Of a stretch of 34,971 bases of DNA, positions 1 through 9,398 are shown in pieces. The position numbers and the translations under genes are program-made. The notes under the pieces are model-generated. The model had not been told where the DNA came from. It was given only the letters and a program-made list of their open reading frames with translations, and ran no database searches. Position 1 is the stretch's first letter; every line of letters starts with the position of its first letter. The DNA comes from Acidobacteriota bacterium (GTDB taxonomy: Bacteria > Acidobacteriota > Terriglobia > Terriglobales > SCQP01): the NCBI GenBank assembly GCA_021827785.1, contig JAKAUF010000154.1, forward strand, positions 1-34,971, written 5' to 3'.

Positions 1-78
1 GCGCGCGAGCTGGCGGGCTTCATGTGGGCGGGCATGCAGGCGCTGGCGCGGCGGCCGCCGGCGGCGCCGGGGGCTTGA
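1..78 (+). CDS. 3' end of a gene entering the window (ARELAGFMWAGMQALARRPPAAPGA*); either a TetR-family C-terminus or an IS110-family transposase C-terminus
   Basis: Frame 1 is open to TGA at 76-78. ARELAGFxWA resembles the end of many IS110 transposases, but the position before an efflux operon also fits TetR. Only 25 codons are visible. Confidence 0.4.
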   Translation, partial: ARELAGFMWAGMQALARRPPAAPGA

Positions 79-118
79 CGGGAAGTGAACATTTGTTTTA
101 TACATTTGTTTGATAACA
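75..118 (+). promoter_or_regulatory. Putative sigma70 promoter and operator of the efflux operon
   Basis: TTGACG at 75-80, then an AT-rich island with TATACA/TACATT near 99-106. Direct repeat ACATTTGTTT at 89-98 and 102-111. Confidence 0.55.
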
Positions 119-196
119 CCTAGGGGCTGGCGGCCGGACGGGCCAACCCAGCGGAACTTTTTGCCGCCGGCGCCGTAGTGACCCACCAGGAACCGC

Positions 197-1345
197 ATGA
201 CGCTGACCGGATTCACCGCCAAAAGCGCGCTGCGCAACCGTCGGCGCAGCCTGCTGACCATCCTCAGCATCGCCTTTTCCTTGTTGCTGCTGACGCTGAT
301 GATGGCGGTCTGGCGGGGCTTCTATTTGACCAAGGGCACGCCGGCAGGGGCGCGGCGGCTGATGGTCCGCAACCGCACGTCGCTGACCTTCCCGCTGCCG
401 GCCTATTACGGCCAGAAGATCGCGGCGGTGCCCGGAGTGAAGGCCGTGGCGCCGGCGCTTTGGTTCGGCGGCGTCTACAAGAACAACAAACCGCAAAACT
501 TCTTCGCCCAGATCGGCACCGACCCGAAAACGTTCTTTCAGGTGTACCCGGATTACGGCATTCCCCCGGCGCAATGGGCCGCCTGGCGCCGCGACCGCGC
601 CGGCTGCGTGGTGGATGCGCGCCTGATGGCGCAGCATCATTGGCATTTGGGCCAGCATTTGTTCATCAAGGGCACCATTTTTCCGGTGACGCTGCAATTG
701 ACCGTGGACGGCGTGTTTCACGCCCCGCCGGGTTTCGAGGCCATCTATTTCAACCAGAAATATCTGCAAAAGGCGATGCCGCCGCTCACCTCCATCGCCG
801 GCATGTTTTACGTTCTGACGGATTCCAGCAAGAACGTCAGCCGGGTGGAACGCACCATTGACGGGATGTTCCAGAACTCCCCGGCGCCGACGCGCAGCGA
901 AACGGAACGGGCATTTTTCCTCGGCTTCGTCAACATGCTCGGCAATATCAAGGCGTTCATCCTGGCGATTTCCCTGGCCGTGGTGTTCGCCATTCTGCTG
1001 GTGAGCGCCAACACCATGGCCATGTCCATTCGCGAGCGTATTCGCGAGGTCGCGGTGCTGAAGACGCTGGGCTTCACGCAACGCGGCGTCGTCGGGCTGT
1101 TCGTGGGCGAGGCGGTGGCGATCGCGCTGCTGGGCGGGATTTTGGGCACGGCCGGCGCTGCCGGGCTGATTGCCATGGGCGGCCAGTCCCCGCAGGGGGC
1201 ATTGCTGAAGGCGTTCACGGTGACGCCGGGCATTGTGGCCGCCGCCTTGTTGGTGGCGGTCGTGGTGGGCCTGGTCAGCGCGGCGCTTCCCGCCTGGCGG
1301 GCGGCACAGCACAGCATCGTGGAAGGATTGCGGCACGCGGGCTGA
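197..1345 (+). CDS. MacB/FtsX-family ABC transporter permease
   Basis: N-terminal TM after RNRRRSLLT, large periplasmic domain, ANTMAMSIRERIREVAVLKTLGF motif, C-terminal TMs ending PAWRAA. Confidence 0.9.
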   Translation: MTLTGFTAKSALRNRRRSLLTILSIAFSLLLLTLMMAVWRGFYLTKGTPAGARRLMVRNRTSLTFPLPAYYGQKIAAVPGVKAVAPALWFGGVYKNNKPQNFFAQIGTDPKTFFQVYPDYGIPPAQWAAWRRDRAGCVVDARLMAQHHWHLGQHLFIKGTIFPVTLQLTVDGVFHAPPGFEAIYFNQKYLQKAMPPLTSIAGMFYVLTDSSKNVSRVERTIDGMFQNSPAPTRSETERAFFLGFVNMLGNIKAFILAISLAVVFAILLVSANTMAMSIRERIREVAVLKTLGFTQRGVVGLFVGEAVAIALLGGILGTAGAAGLIAMGGQSPQGALLKAFTVTPGIVAAALLVAVVVGLVSAALPAWRAAQHSIVEGLRHAG

Positions 1346-1362
1346 GCGGAGGGCGGCGGGCG

Positions 1363-2526
1363 ATGGCGATACCAATTACCTATAACCTGCGGCATCTGCG
1401 GCAACGGCCGGGAGCGACGGCGATGACCGCCGTGGGCATTGCCCTTACGGTGGCGATCGCGCTGTTTATTCTGGCCCTGCTCGGCGGTCTGCGGCAGGCA
1501 TTCGCCCGCAGCGGGCAGCCGCTGAACGTGCTGGTGCTGCGCAAGGGCTCGACGGCCGAGGTCAGCAGCACGGTGACCGAACAGCAGGCGGCGCTGCTGC
1601 GAACCATGCCGGGGATCGCCAAAAATGCCGCCGGGCAGCCGATGGTTTCGCCGGAGCTGGTGGTGGTGGTCTCCCTGCCGCAGCGCGACGGCGCCGGACC
1701 GAACAACGTCACGGTGCGGGGCTTGGGCCCGATTGGCATGCAGCTGCGGCCTCAGGTGCATTTGGTGCAGGGGCGATGGTTCCATGCCGGACAGCGGGAG
1801 GTGGACGTCAGCCAGTCGGTGGCCCGCCGCTATCGGCACGCCCACGTGGGCGGGTCGATCCGTTTTGGACAAGGGCAATGGCGGGTGGTGGGCATCTTCG
1901 CCGCCGGCAACACCGCGCCGAGTTCGGAAATTTGGGGTGACGTCCATCAGATGCAAGGCGACTTCCAGCGGCAGGGAGTGTTTTCCAGTGTGCTGCTGCA
2001 AGCGGCCAGCCCGGTGGAGGCCAGCGCCCTGGTCCGCCGGGTCAGCAGCGACCAGCAATTGGAACTGCATGGAACCCACGAGCAGGCCTATTACGCCCAA
2101 CAGACGCAGTCGGGGGCGCCGATCGAGTTCGTCGGTTGGGTGGTGGCGCTGATCATGGCCATCGGCTCCTGCTTCGCGGCGATGAACACCATGTACGCCG
2201 CCGTCGCCTACCGCGAACGGGAGATCGGCACGCTGCGCATGCTGGGCTTCTCCCGGCCCAGCATCCTGGGCTGCTTCGTCCTGGAAAGCCTGATGCTGGC
2301 GGTGCTAGGTTGGGCGCTGGCGGTGGTGGTGATGCTGCCTCTGAACGGCCTGACCACGGGCACCATGAACAACGCCACCTTCAGCGAGGTGGTGTTCCAA
2401 ATCAAGATGACGCCGGCGGTGCTGGGCTGGGCGCTGGCGTTCGCGCTGCTGATGGGCTTGATCGGCGGCCTAGCGCCGGCGTGGCAGGCGGCGCGGCGGG
2501 AAATCGTGAGCGCACTGCGCGCCTAG
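1363..2526 (+). CDS. MacB/FtsX-family ABC transporter permease (second subunit)
   Basis: MNTMYAAVAYREREIGTLRMLGF motif, 4-TM MacB topology, GGAGG upstream. Confidence 0.9.
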   Translation: MAIPITYNLRHLRQRPGATAMTAVGIALTVAIALFILALLGGLRQAFARSGQPLNVLVLRKGSTAEVSSTVTEQQAALLRTMPGIAKNAAGQPMVSPELVVVVSLPQRDGAGPNNVTVRGLGPIGMQLRPQVHLVQGRWFHAGQREVDVSQSVARRYRHAHVGGSIRFGQGQWRVVGIFAAGNTAPSSEIWGDVHQMQGDFQRQGVFSSVLLQAASPVEASALVRRVSSDQQLELHGTHEQAYYAQQTQSGAPIEFVGWVVALIMAIGSCFAAMNTMYAAVAYREREIGTLRMLGFSRPSILGCFVLESLMLAVLGWALAVVVMLPLNGLTTGTMNNATFSEVVFQIKMTPAVLGWALAFALLMGLIGGLAPAWQAARREIVSALRA

Positions 2527-2540
2527 GCGGGGTCACGAAC

Positions 2541-3881
2541 ATGGCCAGTTCCACCGACGATCTCAAGAGCCTGCGGATTGACCGCTCCTCCCCGCCCCCA
2601 TCGCGGCGGGGACGAACCGTGGCGGTTGCCATGGCCGTGCTCGTGGCCGTGCTGGCGTTCGCCGCCTGGCGTTTGCTGGCGCCGAAGCCATTGGCGGTGC
2701 GCGTCGCCATCGCCGCGGCGCCCAGTGCGGCGGCGGACCCGGTGGCCCTGACGGCGACCGGCTATGTCGTGGCCCATCACACGATCTATGTGAACAGCAA
2801 GGTAACCGGCAAAATCGCCTGGGTCGGCGTCGAGAAGGGCGATCATGTGCGCAAGGGACAGGTGCTGGTGCGACTGGACGACCGGGAGTTCCAGGCGCAG
2901 GTGCTGGAGGCGCAAGGGGCCTATGACAATGCCCGCGCCTATTGGCTGGAACTGAAACGGGGCTCGCGGCCGCAGCAGATCGCCCAGGCGCGCCACACCC
3001 TGCGGCAGGCGCAAGCCACGCTGGCGAACGACCGGCTCAACCTGCAACGCACCCAGGCGCTGGCGGCCCAGGGCATTGACGCGAAACAGACGCTGGACAA
3101 CGCTCTCGCGACCTACCGCGCCCAGGCGCAGAACGTGGCGGCGCTGGAACAGGCCTATCAATTACTCAAGGTCGGCAGCCGGCGCGAGGATATCGCCCGC
3201 GCGTACGGCAGCATGCTGGAAGCGCAAGGCCAACTGGAATACGCCCAAGCGCAGCTCGCGGCCACCCAAATCCGCGCCCCGGTCACCGGCACCATCTTGG
3301 ACCGCACCGCGGAAGTCGGCGAGCTGGTGACGGCGGAGTTCGCCAGCACCGCCACGGGCGGGCCGGTGGGTTCGGTCGTGACCCTGGCGAACCTGAAGGA
3401 CATCCAGGTGCAGCTCGACATCGCCGAGGCGGACTTCGGCCGGCTTCGCAAGAGAATGCAGGCGATTCTTTGGACCGACACCTACCCGAACCGGAAATAC
3501 CACGGTTATCTCGCTCAAGTTTCGCCGGAGGCGAATGAAGAGAAGGCCACCATTCAGGTGAAGGTGCAGGTGCTCCACCCCGACCGCTATCTCCGGCCGG
3601 AGATGAACGCCACGGTGCAATTCCTCAGCCCGCGCCAGCCGGCTGCGGCGGCGCCACGGGGCGTGGCCGTGCCCTCCGCCGCCATCCATCGGCGGAACGG
3701 TCGCCCGTTTGTCTGGCTGGCGTTTCGCGGCCGGGCATTGCGCCGCGGCGTGCAGGTCACCGGGCAAACCGCCGACGCGACCCTGGTCACCGGGCTAGAT
3801 GGCGGCGAGCAGGTCATCACCAAGGCGCCGGCCGGCCTGCGCGCCGGCGACCGCATCCACATTCAGACCTCGGGAGATTAG
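2541..3881 (+). CDS. Efflux periplasmic adaptor (MacA/HlyD-type membrane fusion protein)
   Basis: Start moved to ATG 2541 ([15 protein letters not shown]). N-terminal TM, lipoyl halves ([26 protein letters not shown]) and long coiled coil. Confidence 0.9.
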   Translation: MASSTDDLKSLRIDRSSPPPSRRGRTVAVAMAVLVAVLAFAAWRLLAPKPLAVRVAIAAAPSAAADPVALTATGYVVAHHTIYVNSKVTGKIAWVGVEKGDHVRKGQVLVRLDDREFQAQVLEAQGAYDNARAYWLELKRGSRPQQIAQARHTLRQAQATLANDRLNLQRTQALAAQGIDAKQTLDNALATYRAQAQNVAALEQAYQLLKVGSRREDIARAYGSMLEAQGQLEYAQAQLAATQIRAPVTGTILDRTAEVGELVTAEFASTATGGPVGSVVTLANLKDIQVQLDIAEADFGRLRKRMQAILWTDTYPNRKYHGYLAQVSPEANEEKATIQVKVQVLHPDRYLRPEMNATVQFLSPRQPAAAAPRGVAVPSAAIHRRNGRPFVWLAFRGRALRRGVQVTGQTADATLVTGLDGGEQVITKAPAGLRAGDRIHIQTSGD

Positions 3882-3883
3882 TC

Positions 3884-4603
3884 ATGACCACCACCGCCCC
3901 CTTCCCTGCCCCGGCCAAGACCGTCGCCGAACCCGACATCGTGGAGGCGGAACATATTGGCAAGGTGTTTCACCGCGACAGCTTCGAAGTCGTGGCGCTC
4001 GAGGACGTCTCCCTAACTATCGCCCGCGGGGATTTCGTGGCGCTGATGGGCCCGTCGGGTTCGGGCAAGACCACGCTGTTGAACATGATCGCGGCGGTGG
4101 ACCGTCCCACCAGCGGCACCATGCGCGTCATGGGCCAGGATATTTACCGGTTGAACGATCGCGAGGCAGCGCGCTGGCGCAACGAGAAGATTGGCTACAT
4201 CTTCCAGACGTTCAACTTGATCCCGGTGCTCACGGCGGCGGAGAATGTCGAACTGCCACTACTTTTGACCCGGCTGTCGAAAGGTGAACGGCGGGAGCAT
4301 GTGGAGACGGCGCTCCGGCTGGTGGGCTTGCAGGACCGCATGGGCCACTTGCCGAAGCAGCTTTCCGGCGGACAAGAACAGCGCGTCGCCATCGCGCGAG
4401 CCATTGTCTCCGATCCGGCGATCCTTCTGGCCGACGAGCCCACCGGCGACTTGGACCGGCAATCGGCGGCGGAGGTGCTGGAGATCATGACCCGCCTGAA
4501 CCAAGAATTCCGCAAGACGGTGGTGATGGTTACCCACGACGCGCATGCCGCGGGCTACGCCCATGTCACGCGCCATCTGGAAAAAGGCCATCTCCAGGCC
4601 TAG
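3884..4603 (+). CDS. ABC transporter ATP-binding protein (LolD/MacB-type)
   Basis: Walker A GPSGSGKT, signature LSGGQEQR, Walker [11 protein letters not shown]-loop VTHD. Confidence 0.95.
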   Translation: MTTTAPFPAPAKTVAEPDIVEAEHIGKVFHRDSFEVVALEDVSLTIARGDFVALMGPSGSGKTTLLNMIAAVDRPTSGTMRVMGQDIYRLNDREAARWRNEKIGYIFQTFNLIPVLTAAENVELPLLLTRLSKGERREHVETALRLVGLQDRMGHLPKQLSGGQEQRVAIARAIVSDPAILLADEPTGDLDRQSAAEVLEIMTRLNQEFRKTVVMVTHDAHAAGYAHVTRHLEKGHLQA

Positions 4604-4624
4604 AGGCCGCCTGGCTGCGCCCGG

Positions 4625-5785
4625 CTAGGCGGGAGAGGGCGGCGCCGGTGCCGGCCGCAGCGCGCGGACGGCGGCGATGACCCGGCTGGCCGCGAAGTCC
4701 ACCTCCTCCGCGGTGGTGAACCGCCCGAGGCCAAAACGCAAGGCTGACTGCGCCCATTCCTTGGGCACGCCCATCGCCAGCAGGACATACGACGGCCCGC
4801 CGGTTCCCGCCGTGCAGGCCGACCCGGCGGAAATGGCGAGATCGCCCAGTTCCATCATCAGCACTTCGCCGTCCATTTCTTCAAAACACACGTTCAGATT
4901 GTGCGGCAACCGGTGCTTGAGACTGCCGTTAACGTGGATGCCCGGCAACGCCGCCAGCAACTGATTCTTCAGGCGGTCGCGCAATCCCGCCAGCCGCACG
5001 CTTTCCGCCGCCATCTCCTGCATCGCAAGCGCCGCCGCCTCCCCCAGTGCGACGATGCCCGGAACGTTCAGCGTACCGGAGCGCAGACCGCGTTCTTGGC
5101 CCCCGCCCTCGATTTCCGCCATCAGGCCCGGTACGCTGCCGCGGCGGATGTATAACGCGCCGATCCCCTTGGGCGCATACATCTTATGGCCGGAAAGAGA
5201 AATCAGATCCGCGGCCCAAGCCGAGGCGTCAATGGGAATTTTGCCTGCCGCCTGAGCGGCGTCCGAGTGCAGCGGAATTCCGCGCTCCCGCGCCAACCGG
5301 CCGATGGCGGGCAAATCTTGCAGTACCCCGGTTTCATTATTGGCGGCCATGACGCTGATCAACGCGGTCTGGGGTTTCAGCGCCGCGCGCAAGCGCTCCA
5401 AATCCAGCCGTCCGTCGCCGCCGACAGGAAGAAAGGTCACTTCGTGGCCAGCCCGGGCCAGCGACTTGCAGGGGTCGAGCACGGCGTGATGTTCGGTGGC
5501 TACGGTGACCAGATGCGCGCCGGGGCGGCGTCGCATGACCCCCTTGATGGCGAGGTTATTGCTTTCGGTGGCGCCGCTGGTGAAGATGATTTCGTCCGCC
5601 ACGGCGCCGATCAGCTTGGCGACCTGGCCGCGGGCGTGAGCCACCGCCGCCTCCGCCTGCCAGCCGAAATGATGGCGGCTGGCGGGATTTCCAAATTGGG
5701 TGGTGAAGAACGGCGACATGGCCGCCAGCACCCTGCGGTCCACTGGGGTGGTGGCGTGATAATCCAAATAAACTGGCGTCTGCAC
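4625..5785 (-). CDS. iscS: Cysteine desulfurase, IscS/NifS group I
   Basis: YLDYHATTP, FTSGATESNN, PLP lysine in SGHKMYAPKG, catalytic Cys in SAGSAC. Start set at GTG 5785 with GGAG upstream. Confidence 0.9.
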   Translation of the reverse strand: MQTPVYLDYHATTPVDRRVLAAMSPFFTTQFGNPASRHHFGWQAEAAVAHARGQVAKLIGAVADEIIFTSGATESNNLAIKGVMRRRPGAHLVTVATEHHAVLDPCKSLARAGHEVTFLPVGGDGRLDLERLRAALKPQTALISVMAANNETGVLQDLPAIGRLARERGIPLHSDAAQAAGKIPIDASAWAADLISLSGHKMYAPKGIGALYIRRGSVPGLMAEIEGGGQERGLRSGTLNVPGIVALGEAAALAMQEMAAESVRLAGLRDRLKNQLLAALPGIHVNGSLKHRLPHNLNVCFEEMDGEVLMMELGDLAISAGSACTAGTGGPSYVLLAMGVPKEWAQSALRFGLGRFTTAEEVDFAASRVIAAVRALRPAPAPPSPA

Positions 5786-5911
5786 CCGATTTGCTCCGCG
5801 GAGAACATTCAGTGTACGGCGCGGGCGCACCCAGGTAAAGGCGCGCGCGTACAGGCCAGCCTTAGACCGGGCAGACAAGCGGCGGCAACCGCTCGCTGGC
5901 CGCGGGAACAG

Positions 5912-6577
5912 CTACTGCCGGGTCACGATCAAGCCGGCGGCGGGCATGGTTAGGCGCAGCAAACGCCCCCGTTGCAGGAGGAGATATACGGTCGCTTGGC
6001 TAGTCTCTGCGCGCAGTTGCTCTTCGCCCTGCTGGTGGCCGGGTCCATGGCCGCCAACCGGTATTTCCGTAAGCCGGACTTGGCCTGGATCGCCCGTATG
6101 GGGCACAAATACGGAAAACGTCTGTGTGCCGCCTTTGGACCAGTTATACCGGTCCGCCAGCGGTTCCCAGAGCGAATACACATTGGCGTCCAAGATCGCG
6201 GTGGTTGGCGGCAACTGGAACAGGAATGTTTGCGCCTGTCCATGCGCTGGCTGGTAGCGCGCGCGCAAGCGTTTGCTGGCAAAACGGACGGTGATGCGGT
6301 CCGCGCCCTGTCGCCATGCGTAGGCGCGCAAGCGTCCGCCGGCGAACCATTGCAACTCCGCCCGCTGCTTGATGCGCCCGCCGCCGACGCGGTATTGCAA
6401 TTGGACTTGCAAACGCCCGCCGGCGCCGCGGTTGCGCAATTGAAAATGCTCTTGGCCCAAACGCGTGCCGTGCTGCGCGATGACCAACGTGCCGGAATCG
6501 TGCTTGGGCAACTGCGCGGGTGCGGCCAATCCCAAGGCCAGGGCGAGCAGGGAGACGGAGAGTAACGGACGGATCAT
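5912..6577 (-). CDS. Hypothetical exported protein, predicted beta-rich
   Basis: ATG at 6577 overlaps the aroK stop (ATGA). Signal peptide MIRPLLSVSLLALALGLAAPAQ, then alternating beta-strand-like segments. Confidence 0.7.
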   Translation of the reverse strand: MIRPLLSVSLLALALGLAAPAQLPKHDSGTLVIAQHGTRLGQEHFQLRNRGAGGRLQVQLQYRVGGGRIKQRAELQWFAGGRLRAYAWRQGADRITVRFASKRLRARYQPAHGQAQTFLFQLPPTTAILDANVYSLWEPLADRYNWSKGGTQTFSVFVPHTGDPGQVRLTEIPVGGHGPGHQQGEEQLRAETSQATVYLLLQRGRLLRLTMPAAGLIVTRQ

Positions 6578-7161
6578 AGCGGGAAGGGAGCGGACAAATG
6601 CGGGTGCGCCGCTGGGCGCGCCACCCATTGATAGATCTGATCCAGCACGCGGTCCGCAAGGAGTTCCGCACTCACGCCGGTCTCCCCGGCCGCGATGGGC
6701 ACGGTCAGGTGGGCACGGCGATAGAACGGCAACCGCCGGGCGTGGAGTTCTCGGAACGAGGCTTCATCGCGGAACAAAGGCCGATTGGTGACCTGTGCGC
6801 AGCGCAGCAGCAACTCTTCCAGCGGCACATCCAGGAACACCACAACCCCGCCGGCGGCGAGCAGGCGCTCACAGTTGCTAGGCTGGGCGAAGGTCCCGCC
6901 ACCCAAAGCCACGACCATACGGCGGCGCGCGGCCGCACCGAGCACCAACTCCAACTGCTCCCGCTCCAGGGCGCGAAAACCAGCCTCGCCGCGGCGGGCA
7001 AAGATATCCGGAATGGGCAGCCCCGCAGCCGCCTCGATGCGCTCATCCAAGTCACAGAAGTGCCAGCCCAGCCGCGCCGCCAGGCAGCGGCCCAAGGTGG
7101 TCTTGCCGCTGCCCATGAAGCCGGTCAACAAGATCGGATTGGGAGGTGGAGTGGGCGGCAC
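6574..7161 (-). CDS. aroK: Shikimate kinase
   Basis: LTGFMGSGKTT P-loop, DLDERIE, GEAGFRALE, VALGGG, NRPL motifs. Confidence 0.93.
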   Translation of the reverse strand: MPPTPPPNPILLTGFMGSGKTTLGRCLAARLGWHFCDLDERIEAAAGLPIPDIFARRGEAGFRALEREQLELVLGAAARRRMVVALGGGTFAQPSNCERLLAAGGVVVFLDVPLEELLLRCAQVTNRPLFRDEASFRELHARRLPFYRRAHLTVPIAAGETGVSAELLADRVLDQIYQWVARPAAHPHLSAPFPL

Positions 7162-7167
7162 AGGGCC

Positions 7168-7176
7168 AGATTAGCA
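7168..7176 (-). promoter_or_regulatory. Extended -10 (TGcTAATCT) 6 nt before the aroK GTG; leaderless promoter
   Basis: Minus strand reads TGC-TAATCT-ggccct-GTG. No Shine-Dalgarno. Confidence 0.6.
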
Positions 7177-7341
7177 GGGCGCGGGCAGCGCGCGGTCGAA
7201 GCGCGGGCAGGGCGCAGGCCGGACGCGGAGCGCGACCGGGCGCCGGACGCGGCCCCCCGACGGGCGCCGGCGACGTTGGCCGCGGACCGAAGCCGGCTGG
7301 GGCGGCCGGACGCGCTCCCACCGCACCCCCCAACTCCCGAC

Positions 7342-7381
7342 CGTCGCCGCCCGCATCGTCGCCGCCCGCATCGTCGCCGCC
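7342..7381. repeat. Tandem repeat of the 15-bp unit CGTCGCCGCCCGCAT, about 2.7 copies
   Basis: Copies at 7342-7356 and 7357-7371, partial copy at 7372-7381; intergenic. Confidence 0.85.
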
Positions 7382-7418
7382 TCCTGCGGCGCCGCGCGGC
7401 AGCGGCGCGCCGCCGCGG

Positions 7419-8129
7419 TTAGGCCGCTTGCGAGCGTTGACTGGCGGAATTGAGAACCTCAATCTCCGCCGGCGCCTCCCCCAACGAGCGCACGACCTGC
7501 AAGATGGACAAGGGCAGCGAACGGGACGAACTGATGCCCATTTTGCGATAGGCGCTTTCCAGGTGGCGCTTGACGGTTGAGATCCCGATGTGCAAATCCG
7601 TGGCGATTTGCCGGTTCTTTTTGCCCTGCAAGCATTCCGAGACGATATCAATTTCCCGCGCCGAGAGATGAAACTGGCGGGCCAAGGCTTGCCGGGTGTG
7701 ATTGTCCAGCAGATTCATCTGCTCCGGTTTCGGCAACTGACTCTTGCGTTCGGTGGCCACCAGCAGCAGCAGCCGCGCTTCCCCCCCCTCCGCCTCCTCG
7801 CCCATCGCGGGCAGGATGGAGCAACTAATGGTGGTCGCGCCCAACTGGCTACGCTGCAAGCGCAGGCTCTCGGTGTGATAGGCGATGCCCGTCTGCAGCA
7901 CCCGTTCACAGATGGTCCGCAGGCCGCTGAGGTCGAAGTCCGGCAGGCATTGGTCCATCGGCATGCCCAGGGTCTTTTTCGTGCGCAATCGGCTGTCCAA
8001 CAACTCAAGAAAGGCGCCATTGGCGTCCTTGAGCTTCTGTTGAGCGGCATCGTAAATGGCCAGGCCCACGACTGGGTTCCGCCACAGCGATTCCAGCACC
8101 AGACTGCGCAATTTGCCGTTTTCACGCAT
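7419..8129 (-). CDS. LuxR-family HTH transcriptional regulator with N-terminal PAS-like domain
   Basis: ATG 8129 with AAAGGGG RBS. PAS-like PVVGLAIYD...DANGAFLELL; HTH LSAREIDIVSECLQGKKNRQIATDLHIGISTVKRHLESAYRKMGI. Confidence 0.85.
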   Translation of the reverse strand: MRENGKLRSLVLESLWRNPVVGLAIYDAAQQKLKDANGAFLELLDSRLRTKKTLGMPMDQCLPDFDLSGLRTICERVLQTGIAYHTESLRLQRSQLGATTISCSILPAMGEEAEGGEARLLLLVATERKSQLPKPEQMNLLDNHTRQALARQFHLSAREIDIVSECLQGKKNRQIATDLHIGISTVKRHLESAYRKMGISSSRSLPLSILQVVRSLGEAPAEIEVLNSASQRSQAA

Positions 8130-8416
8130 GGGATTCCCCTTTGCAATCGCGCTCGCACGGGCGCTCGACGGGACCAATCCAACGGTAATCGCAAGCGGGC
8201 ATGGCTGAGTTTGGCATTGGCTCCGACGGAAGGCGCGAGTGAGCTTTGCCTTTTCTACCTTGGTCCAACCTCGAAACGAGTGGAGTAGAGCGGCATGAGG
8301 TTGGAGGATTGCGGGCGGCAAAAGGTCGCACCAGGCGGAAGCCGAATTTGTCCCGCTGCCCAAAACGGGCATTTCGGCCCGACCACTGGCGGCACTGCCA
8401 GGCTGGAAACCGCGGC

Positions 8417-9274
8417 CTAACGGGTGCGGGCGATGGCCGGGGCAACATCCTCCTCCGGCACGGGATAGAGATACAGCCGCTCCAGCTCCCCTTTGAGGAT
8501 CGCGAGGGCATCGCCCGGGGTGTCGGCGAAGCGAAACAGATCCAAGTCCTCGGCGGAGATGGTGCCCCACTCCACCAAGGCCTCGAAATTCAGCACCTGG
8601 CGCCAATAGGCTTCGCTATAGAGCAGGACGGTGATCTTCTTGGCTAGCTTCTGAGTCTGCGCCAAAGTCAGAATCTCCATCAACTCATCGAGCGTGCCGA
8701 AACCGCCGGGAAACACGACGAGCGCCTTGGCGGGGTAGGCGAACCAAAACTTGCGCATGAAGAAGTAATGAAACTCAAACGCCAGGCCCTCGGTGATATA
8801 GGGATTCGGGTGCTGCTCGAAGGGCAGACTGATGTTGAGGCCGATGGTCTTGCCTCCGGCTTCGCGGGCGCCCAGGTTGGCGGCTTCCATGATGCCCGGG
8901 CCGCCGCCGGAGGTCACGACGAAACGCCGGCGGCGGCTAGGCAGGCCGTCAGCCCAGCGGGTGAGCAGGCGGGCCAGTTCCCGCGCCTCCTCGTAATAGC
9001 GGGACAACTCCACCGCTCGCTCCCGGGCGCGGCGCGCCGGCGAACCGGCGGCGTCGGTGCAAGCCGCTAGCGCCGCTTGCGCCGCCGCTCGCGCCTGCAC
9101 GCGGGCGGAACCGAAAAACACGATGGTGTCGTGGATATTCTCCCGCCGCAGGCGATGCAACGGCTCCAAGTACTCGGCCAAGACGCGCAGCGGCCGCGCA
9201 TCGGGGCTGTTGAGAAAGAGCGGATTGGCATACGCCAGGAGCGGATGCTCGGACAGATCGTCGGTAGGGTCCAT
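8417..9274 (-). CDS. LOG-family nucleotide phosphoribohydrolase (TIGR00730-like Rossmann fold)
   Basis: IVFFGSAR, TSGGGPGIMEAAN, FHYFFMRKFWF, PGGFGTLDE motifs. Start set at ATG 9274. Confidence 0.9.
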   Translation of the reverse strand: MDPTDDLSEHPLLAYANPLFLNSPDARPLRVLAEYLEPLHRLRRENIHDTIVFFGSARVQARAAAQAALAACTDAAGSPARRARERAVELSRYYEEARELARLLTRWADGLPSRRRRFVVTSGGGPGIMEAANLGAREAGGKTIGLNISLPFEQHPNPYITEGLAFEFHYFFMRKFWFAYPAKALVVFPGGFGTLDELMEILTLAQTQKLAKKITVLLYSEAYWRQVLNFEALVEWGTISAEDLDLFRFADTPGDALAILKGELERLYLYPVPEEDVAPAIARTR

Positions 9275-9307
9275 GGGAAGGCCAGGCCCGGCAGCGAGCC
9301 TGCAACT

Positions 9308-9314
9308 TATAATA
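9308..9314. promoter_or_regulatory. Overlapping divergent -10 elements between LOG and rel
   Basis: TATAAT on + (9308-9313) and TATTAT on - (9314-9309), within the only AT-rich patch of the spacer. Confidence 0.55.
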
Positions 9315-9398
9315 CTGAGAGGCGGGGAAAGACGGGGATGAGGGGGTCTGCCCTCATCGTATCCCGCAGCCAGCGGATCGCGAGCGGTCCGCCCCATC

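Noticed and set aside
7171-7371. 66-aa Arg/Pro-rich ORF between luxR and aroK
   Set aside because: Low-complexity GC-driven composition, and it ends within the aroK promoter; not called as a gene.
8200-8262. Minus-strand GAAAAGGCAAA resembling the start of a c-di-GMP-I (GEMM) riboswitch upstream of luxR
   Set aside because: The GNRA-capped stem and the following GACGCAAA core are absent.
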